A DNA stretch of 54,693 nt, the filler included, from Catajapyx aquilonaris (lineage: Eukaryota): assembly GCA_000934665.2 (NCBI GenBank). It is 3 parts of 3 records of this genome, joined end to end, with 100 filler letters (N's around TTAATTAATTAA, not from the genome) between each part and the next. Parts side by side here need not be neighbours in the genome. Positions count along the whole stretch, not along the records: positions 36,519 to 54,693 come from JYFJ02006755.1; 2 more parts are not named here. The stretch is one strand, 5' to 3'. This document shows, piece after piece, positions 47,201 through 54,693 of this stretch (position 1 is its first letter; each line of letters opens with the position of its first letter). A program made the position numbers and the translations under genes. Under the pieces are notes generated by a model. It searched no databases. It saw only the letters and a program-made list of their open reading frames with translations, and was not told where the DNA came from.

Positions 47201-47507
47201 GGCAATTAGGGGGCCGTTTGGGAATGTGTGGTGAGGATGACGCGAGCCTAGAGTTGGTTGCTGCTTCTGGATGGATGTTTCGGCGGCAATACGGGCGCGG
47301 AAAAATCTGTTCCTGAGGGAAGAATGCCGGGGAAAGAGTGGTCCAGCAGCAGCACATGCAACAAATGGGGCAGAAAGGCCCATGTGTTGGCCCCCACCTC
47401 ATTAGTTAGCACCCGGGATGGGCTTCGATCCTCGCGTCTTCGAGAATAGCACGGGACTAACCACCTTTTCGGGATTTGGTTTTCGTCCGACTCCAGCTAG
47501 AAATAAA

Positions 47508-50500
47508 ATGAGTGTAAGTTATCTTGCCAAACAAAAATATATTTGCATATTAATTTTAAAATGTAACGTTCCTGCCAGTGTCAATATTGCATTAAGAAAG
47601 CGCATAAATACGAGGTGTTTTTTTTGCAATTATTTTTGCCGGTGGTTTGCGATTTTTGGCAGTAAGCTGCTCATTTTCAGCAGTTCATATTATGGGTTAG
47701 CTATACTAATATTAGGCCAAATTGAATCATCTGATCATCCTCTGAACTATACTATCGATTAGGAATAGCCCATTGGAACGTACTGGAACAGTTGTCATCA
47801 ACTACAATGAGAGAACTCATTGGTGCAGGCCAAATCCCTTTGCAGATATACAGTATAGGCCTATACATCAGAGTGAAGAAATTTACTGTTACCGTCGCTT
47901 TGGGAAATGATAGAGGGGTTCTATAGGCAATCATTTTAAGTATAGTCGTATCATGGGTCTCCGCCGCGTAGTTACCGAGATAATTAGCATTCAATAAAAA
48001 GTGCACTATACTACCAGCTTTAATATAATAGGCTATTATGTTTCGGATACTCGGATACTCCTTAGAACACTTCCATCGCCTATGGCCCTAGGCCATTGCC
48101 TGCTACATCTAATTTCTAACAGGATCGTAAATTAAAATTAAATTACATGGTAGCACCTTAAATTATGGAAAAGGTAAGGTTGCGTGGAGGGACGCATACG
48201 TGCCAGGATATTTTATACCTTGTGTTTGAAGCACATTATTTCAGTAACTCTACGGCGCGGCGGAGACCCATGATGCGACTATACTTAAAATGATCGCCTA
48301 TAACTCCTCTATCATTTCCCAAAGCACCGCACCGGTACGGTAAATTTCGTCCCCCTGTAGAAAGAATTGCCCCACACATCCTAATATACTATTAGCAGGT
48401 AATACTATTAGCAGGTATAAGAAATGAAGTACCTGCAAACACTATTACGGTACTTAAATAAGCAATTTCTTTGCAACAAAAATCTCAAACCACTATAATT
48501 ATTGTCATTTTAGTTGCAACACCGTGTATTATATACCAATAAACACAGCAATTAATTTGCCTTGATCAAACTCACAATTTTTGAATGGCAGCATATGATA
48601 ATAAGATTAATAACTTTTACCATAAATAATCACAATAACCACCACCACCACCACCACCACATTCATCGCGGCTTCCCCCCCCCCAAAAAAAAAAAAAACT
48701 GGGGTGCCAGCGGATATAACAGAAAAAGTGAAAGGTGCTATTATCTTGAAAAATTATTCTTAGACGACTGTATTCTTTACTGAAAGTGTGCAATGTTGGT
48801 ATAGGCAAAACCTCAGGCTGCACAACATGCCTCTTTATTTATTTATTATTCAATTTTATTGACTGCTGGAAAACTCCATCTTGCATTTGTAAGTAATGTA
48901 TGCATGTTTTAAAGTTAAAATATTAAGGAGACACCGGTATATACGTATATCCGATTCACATAAGAGTGAACCTTTTTCGATATGCATACGCCTGAGGGGT
49001 CGGTGAACCGCCCGAAAGTTACCCAACATGCCGGGCCCTTCCGCTCTTCACAACAAAATGTGCAGTTTGTGTAGCGCTGCAGCTACCGTATGGGCTGCCC
49101 ATGATAATTAGGCATTCGAGTTACATGTACGGTACCAGCACTGTATCTTCGAGAAAACCAGAGATACCAGGGACTAATTTTGCGGCGCGGCAGCTCACCG
49201 ACCGCGACCCCTCGGGCCTCTGGCGTATGGATATCCAAAAAAGTTCACACTTATGTGATTCGGAGTGCGTATAGGCTAAACTTGTAGGGTTGTTCCATGG
49301 AATCACAAATGACAATTCTGAGGGTGGTCGCCATAATTGCGAATATTGTTATTTTTGTCACTACACCTGCTCTCTAAAGCATAGGCCTATACACATACGC
49401 TTCTCCCTAGAATGCAGTGGCTTTCGATGGTTCTATTAAAGTGTGAGCCACGTTGTTTCATTCCTATAGAGCAAGCTATGTCTGAATTCATTATTAACAT
49501 TCTTTGTACGAATCGTATTATTGTCGTATTATTTACATATCTTATTGTCCAGACTCCGGAATAATGATCACCTTCAGAATTAGGCCTACATCCGAGATGT
49601 TAATGACACGGCAACTTCATCATACGAAGCATGAAGTCAGAATTCCAGATCATGCATGCAGCTGACAGTCGCTATATCGGTAGTCGAACATTCAAGGATG
49701 AGAAATGTATCAAAAAAAAACAAAAAAACAATCATAACGATGGCCGAAACTCGTAACTCGGAATATGCTAGGGGTTATGTCTCCATTGTTCCAGGATAAG
49801 ATGCGATTCGGGTGTGAGGAATCCCACTGGAATATCCACGTTCATCGCCATCTTCGCCGTTCAAGTCTGGTATCCTATAGTCTCGAGTTGGTATCGACAT
49901 ATTTCTCGTCCTTGCATTTTATGTTTTAGGCCAACGACTACCTTGGAGGCAGGATGAACTGGAGTTGTGACTCGCCCCGGCCCCGTATCAGTTATATCAA
50001 TGATTTCCTATATGTAATGTGCATGTATTGATGGAATTACTAATATGTTTTGATGACAGGAAATGACTAAAATGCAATGTTGGTTGCAGGGTGTTAAGGA
50101 GATGTTTGGCGGCGGGAGCGGAGGGGGCGGCGGCGGCGGCGCCTACGGGGAAGTGTCTACGGCGTCGGTGGGGGCCAACGCCTTCCTTCCGACGCCGGTC
50201 TACGTGCCATCTGCCCGAGGCGGGGTCGTCTACGCGGCGTCGTCCTCGTCGTCTGTGCCAGGAGGAGGGGGAGGAGGAGGGGCTTCGTCGGGAGGGGCCG
50301 GCTCCTCCACACCCTCCGCCCATGGCGTCTGGGGCGTCGCTCCATCGCCAGACGCCTGTGCCGTTCCCCAGACACACTCGCCTCCATTTGCCACCAGATT
50401 CTTCCAGGTCTCAGCCTCTATTCCATATCCAATTCTTTCAATTTCGAAGATATTGCATTTTAAAAATTTGTTTACAAATGATAATAATTATAACAATAAC

Positions 50501-51474
50501 AACGACAACGACAACAACAATAATAATGAGGTTTGTTGAATCCCACCAGGCAGCGCAGACGTCAAATCGAGATCCGACTGGAAGCTCCGGCTATGGGCTT
50601 CACCACCACCACCACCATCACCAGGCGGCTGCTGCGGCTGCTGCTGCCGCCGCGGCCGCCGCGGCCGCAGCTCAGTCACCGGCTGCCTCTGGCCTGCACG
50701 GGTACGCGCCCTGGAACCAAAACATGGTGTCATCGTGCTGGAGCAGAGCCGCCTACGACGCCTCTCCTGCCGCTTTCCAAGGGCTCTCCAGGCCGCTTAC
50801 CTCCTACGGTACGTCAGTTATGTACTACATCCATGTATACGTACAGTACACCACAGGTTTACATTCGAAGTAGGCCTATTATCTGTAAACACTCATGACC
50901 ATTAATTCCCTCCACTTGTTATGCAGAGACCGCAGGAGACTACCTGAGCGAGGGCCGTGAGTGCGTCAATTGCGGCGCTGTGTCGACGCCACTCTGGCGC
51001 CGCGATGGCACCGGGCATTACCTCTGCAATGCCTGCGGGTTGTACCACAAGATGAATGGGATGAACCGACCGTTGGTGAAGCCTTCAAGACGCCTGGGAG
51101 CGACCTCTGGACAGGCGCGACGCCTGGGACTCTGCTGCTCCAACTGCGGTACGGCAACCACCACCCTGTGGCGACGCAACAACGACGGCGAACCAGTCTG
51201 CAACGCCTGCGGGCTGTACTTCAAGCTGCACGGGGTCAACCGACCTCTGGCCATGAGGAAGGACGGGATACAAACGCGCAAGAGGAAACCCAAGTCCACA
51301 TCTTCATCTGCTCCCTCAAAAACACCTCAACCGTCGTCGTCAGCGTCGTCAGCGTCTTCCCTGGCTCCAGTTCTGAAAAGGGAACCTCCAGACGACGTAC
51401 CGTCATCCAGCGACGCTCTTCTCAGCAAGGCAGCCCCTTTCGCCCCTGCCGCCTACTTCGTCGCCAGCAACTAG
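47508..51474 (+). CDS. pnr: GATA4/5/6-class zinc-finger transcription factor (pannier-like)
   Basis: Well-supported exons 50090-50407, 50550-50808 and 50927-51474. Candidate upstream exon ends ATGAGT|gtaagt (47508-47513, phase 0; in-frame ATGs also at 47418 and 50102); this exon is less certain. N-terminal PVYVP motif of the GATA456 class. Fingers [39 protein letters not shown] and [54 protein letters not shown] closely match pannier. Confidence 0.92.
47870..48357. mobile_element. Inverted-repeat MITE in the probable first intron of the GATA gene
   Basis: gctttgggaaatgatagagg...cattttaagtatagtcg.atcatgggtctccgccgcg pairs with cgcggcggagacccatgatgcgactatacttaaaatg...ctctatcatttcccaaagc; right end ...ccccctg|ta. 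Confidence 0.7.
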
Positions 51475-51600
51475 TCGCTATTCGCCATAACCGCACAAGT
51501 ACCCCCGAAGTGACCAATCGTTTGGAAAGAAACTTCCCGTTTTTAACAAGTATTATTGAGCTTTTATTCTGAGAGATTGTGGTGCTGTACAGTACATGGA

Positions 51601-53278
51601 TCAGTCCGCAGCTTCTAAACCGTAAGCACGGTGTAGGTCACGCAAAAGTCGTTTCTTTTCCTCACCCGGCAGGAAACTGGACTTGGCCGCGTTCATAGTC
51701 TGTAAGAAAACGTGATTGGGTCAGCAGTGGGTACACGCCGAGTTGCAACCGGTGCCGAAAGCCGAAGACATACATACCGCACGGAAAAAGTGTGTTTCAG
51801 ACAATCCCCATCGTCGAAGAAGCATGAACTCATTGTGAAGCCAGGTGCCTGTAATGGTGGGGTCGTCGGTGTTGATAGAATAGTTGAGGTCGTCGGTGAT
51901 CATCTGCATCACCGCGTTGTCGTCAGGGACGGTGGGAATGGCCCCGGTCAAGATACTCGACGTAGGACACAACTCCACGTGTATCCGTTCATGTTTTAGC
52001 CTCGAGTACAAGTGCTTGCACTGGACAGCCCCATACCCATGACCTATACGTGCTGCGCCCAGTTTGTCCAGTGCGTACTCTATGGCCTCCACACCCTTCC
52101 CCAAAGTAACCACTTCTCCAGCGTGCACAGTTGCTGGGATTCCTTGTTCGCGGCAGTCGCTCATGGCCTTTTCTAAAGCATCGTGACGGCACAACTCCTC
52201 TATACGGAATAAAGAGGTCTTATTCAAGAACGACATGGTGCAGTCAACTTACCATCGGTGGTTTCATGGCAGCCTGCGATGTCGATTCCAACCACACCCA
52301 AGTGCTTCAGTTCCCGGCACATGACGGGTATGTCTCTGGGTTGATCTTCCCCCATGCCACGGATTATGGTCAGGATGGAGCGAGCCTGGACTCCGAGTTG
52401 GTCTTCGGCTCGTTGAAACCCGCGCTGGATGGCCCCCACGTAGCTCCTCATTGCTGACTGGCGAGCAGCTTCCCATCCTTCAGTACCGGAACTTCTGAAG
52501 CGGATCAGGGCATCGTGACATAACAATATCAGGTTATGGGATTTGGACTTACCCCGAGTTCAACTGGAGGTCAGGGGGCAAGAAGAGGTGCGGCGCGTAT
52601 CTGACCTCTGCGTATCTAACCCCGGTGGCAGCTTCGTCGACGCAAAATTCCCAGGCAATGCGCTCCAGAGCCTCCAGGTCACCCCTACATGGTCACAGAA
52701 AACTACTGCGTAAATGGGGCCAAATTGTTGGCGCTCTACTGCGGTACCTGAGTTGAGGCAATATCAGCAGGTCAAATGGCTTGAGGAAGGTCGCCAGGTC
52801 AACGGGATGTGTCATGAACAGTTGGTGACTAAGCTCAGCCAGTGAACCTTGACCAGGCAGCGACATTCCCTTTTGTCTTCGCATATCCCAGATTGTCTCG
52901 TGGCGAAGGGCGCCATCCAAGTGCACGTGTAACTCGACCTGTCACCATCACAGGCAGTGTTTATGATAGTCATTCTAGCATTAGGATCTTTTTGCTTGTT
53001 CCAGTGGAATTACGGAATTAAATGTTTATTTGTGCTCGACCTCTGAATGCTTTGTAAAATATACCTCTGCATGTTTGTAAAAGCGAATTTGCGAGTGTAT
53101 GTATAACGGGTATTAACACCTATTATCACATTACGCAAGCGGTGATACGACTGGGAATATTGCCAAAAGCAAAATGATTTTCAGGGTCAGTACTGGTGTT
53201 CACGAAATACCTTACCCTGCAGAGAGGTCCTTGGAAGACAGGTAGCACTTCTCGCCGATGTTCCAACGCTGACAGCAT
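51601..53278 (-). CDS. ADA: Adenosine deaminase (classical ADA1 type), 6 coding exons
   Basis: Minus-strand exons 53278-53216, 52938-52748, 52684-52553, 52494-52253, 52199-51778 and 51699-51601; phase-consistent. Catalytic and metal-binding motifs are intact: VELHVHLDG, YAEVRYAPH, GIDIAG, TVHAGE, RIGHG, ELCPTSS, SINTDDP, NAAKSSFLP. Minus-strand AATAAA at 51563-51568. Confidence 0.95.
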
Positions 53279-53649
53279 CCTGTCTCTCTTCTTGGTTGTT
53301 TTCTACACAGTCCAGAAGTGCAGCGTCAGAGTGGGCCTAAATGGACCGGATGTGCTGGGCCTTTTGTACCGGGGGAATAAGGAAAAGGGGGGAGATGGGG
53401 TGGCGTGTTTCTTCCAGATAAGCCAAATGGAAGCCAACGGGAAGAACTGCAATAAAGGCCGAAATTATTATTGTTCCAGGGTGGATGGACGGATTGTGTG
53501 TAGGGGAAAAAGTAAGGCAAAGTCGAGGCTTATCTGTCCAGCCCATGCCATTAGCTACTTACGTTGGTCTTGGTCTGATCCCGCGAAACAGTCTGCTGGC
53601 GCCTTCGTCCACCGTCGGCCGAGACAGTCTCTTGGCTGACTCTGACAAG

Positions 53650-54067
53650 GGAGTGAAGTAGGGAAGCAGGAAAATATTTCAGAGGAGAATACGACGTGGG
53701 GTGGTGCAAAGTGGGAAGGGGGGGCAGAATGAGAAAGATTAGGGGGAATCTATTCAAGGTCGACCACAGTGACGGCCTCCGATTGTGCCTGGTTGAGCCA
53801 CCCGGTCGCATGTTGCCCACAGGGTGCCAGGCGATTGTTACCATCTATATCATTTCAAATATACACCTCTTAAACACTCATTACTTTCTAGAATAGATAA
53901 ATTATCCCAGATATTTCTAAGGGTTTACGCACTTATACGTAGTGTACCCAACTGATAATGTGAGGTTGGCAACATTGAATGAAGATGGCGGCGCCCGTAG
54001 GACGCTTCAGATAAGAACGTGCGGACTTCCGCAGCCTCTGCAGCAGTGCAGGCGTGCAGCTGGAAGC
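53650..54067. promoter_or_regulatory. Probable bidirectional promoter region of ADA and MPV17
   Basis: Divergent genes with ATGs 790 bp apart. Candidate ADA 5'UTR-exon donor (minus-strand gtaagt) at ~53557-53562. YY1 consensus AAGATGGCGGC at 53982-53992. Confidence 0.55.
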
Positions 54068-54361
54068 ATGTCCCGCCTATGGAGGGCATACTCGCATCTG
54101 GCGGACCGGTACCCGTACCGGATTCAGGCTATTCAGACTTGTAAGGATATTGGCTAGAAGGCTGGCACCATGTGCGGAACATGTTACGAGGCCTGGGATA
54201 GAGTTAGCTGAATGACATTTGACTCCTGCATGTTATTTCTTACAGCTGTGCTGATGGCGACAGGTGACCTGATTGCACAGACTGCGGTGGAGCATCGGCG
54301 TGTCTCTGAGCTGGAGCCGGAGAGGGTGGCCAGGTTCGCCTTGTTGGGGTTGGTGGTGGTG
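54068..54361 (+). CDS. MPV17: Mitochondrial inner-membrane protein MPV17, first two exons (3'-partial)
   Basis: Exons 54068-54140 and 54246-54361 give MSRLWRAYSHLADRYPYRIQAIQTSVLMATGDLIAQTAVEHRRVSELEPERVARFALLGLVVV, matching the MPV17 N-terminus (LWRAY...P...Q...LM..GD.I.Q..VE.R). Confidence 0.88.
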
Positions 54362-54598
54362 GTAGGTGTACTGCATATGCAGGTGGCTGAGGTTTGCTGC
54401 CATTTTGGTTGTTGTGCTGTCAAGACACGCAGCTGGGGCATACAAGGGGCCATTTGCAGATTATGTAACACTTTTTAAAAAGGGAGGTGAATGAGAACAT
54501 GAGCCATGAGCAGCTGGGTTGGCAGGATGGTAGAGGGATTTTGCAACCCTGACAGTCCAGTTGATCATAGCCACTGCTTTCTTAATAGGAATTACCTG

Positions 54599-54693
54599 GG
54601 GGAGACGGAGTGGCGCCGCGGTAACGCGTGCGCTCACGGAAGTTAAGGTCCCGGGTTCAATCCCCACCCGGGGTTCCCACCTTCTTTCGTGCA
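54599..54693 (+). mobile_element. tRNA-derived SINE head (family B), cut by the window end
   Basis: gggagacggagtggcgccgcggtaacgcg...aggtcccgggttcaatccc matches 29622. Confidence 0.8.

Noticed and set aside
50091..50873. 260-aa ORF and overlapping or antisense ORFs in the GATA region
   Set aside because: They read through an intron microsatellite or are alternative frames of GC-rich GATA exons; only 50550-50808 of this frame is coding.
23851..54693. tRNA-like A/B-box sequences as tRNA genes
   Set aside because: Each continues into a shared body and tail and most have TSDs, so they are SINE heads; no complete cloverleaf was seen.
1..54693. CRISPR arrays, rRNA genes or prokaryotic operons
   Set aside because: No regularly spaced direct repeats or rRNA motifs; the sequence is spliced eukaryotic DNA.

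Overview
Eukaryotic, intron-containing invertebrate DNA. An arthropod source is likely, inferred from a pannier-type GATA factor and the SINE types. It consists of three contigs joined by two ~100-nt N gaps, each carrying an artificial TTAATTAATTAA linker (18165-18263, 36419-36518). Seven spliced genes were reconstructed by hand from GT-AG boundaries. In order: ECI2 (+, 5'-partial), RAD54B (-, 14 exons), an RNF212/Zip3-type RING gene (+, head-to-head with RAD54B), an F-box/LRR gene (+), pannier/GATA4/5/6 (+), adenosine deaminase (-, tail-to-tail with GATA) and MPV17 (+, 3'-partial, head-to-head with ADA). The ~27 kb between the F-box and GATA genes is dense in non-autonomous DNA transposons (piggyBac, hAT, Harbinger, Transib, Sola, Tc1/pogo types) and tRNA-derived SINEs, many with readable target-site duplications (TSDs). 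The most striking observation is a 766-bp element (21929-22694) with a 5-bp TSD (CGGTG). Both of its ends read CACAGTG + exactly 23 nt + ACAAAAATG, the architecture of a V(D)J 23-RSS, as in Transib/RAG-family transposons. It sits inside a Harbinger MITE, which sits inside a hAT MITE. Also notable are a phase-compatible but unproven RNF212-RING::F-box-LRR fusion across the first gap, and a compact bidirectional promoter shared by two recombination genes. All family assignments come from motif recognition by eye; no searches were run.
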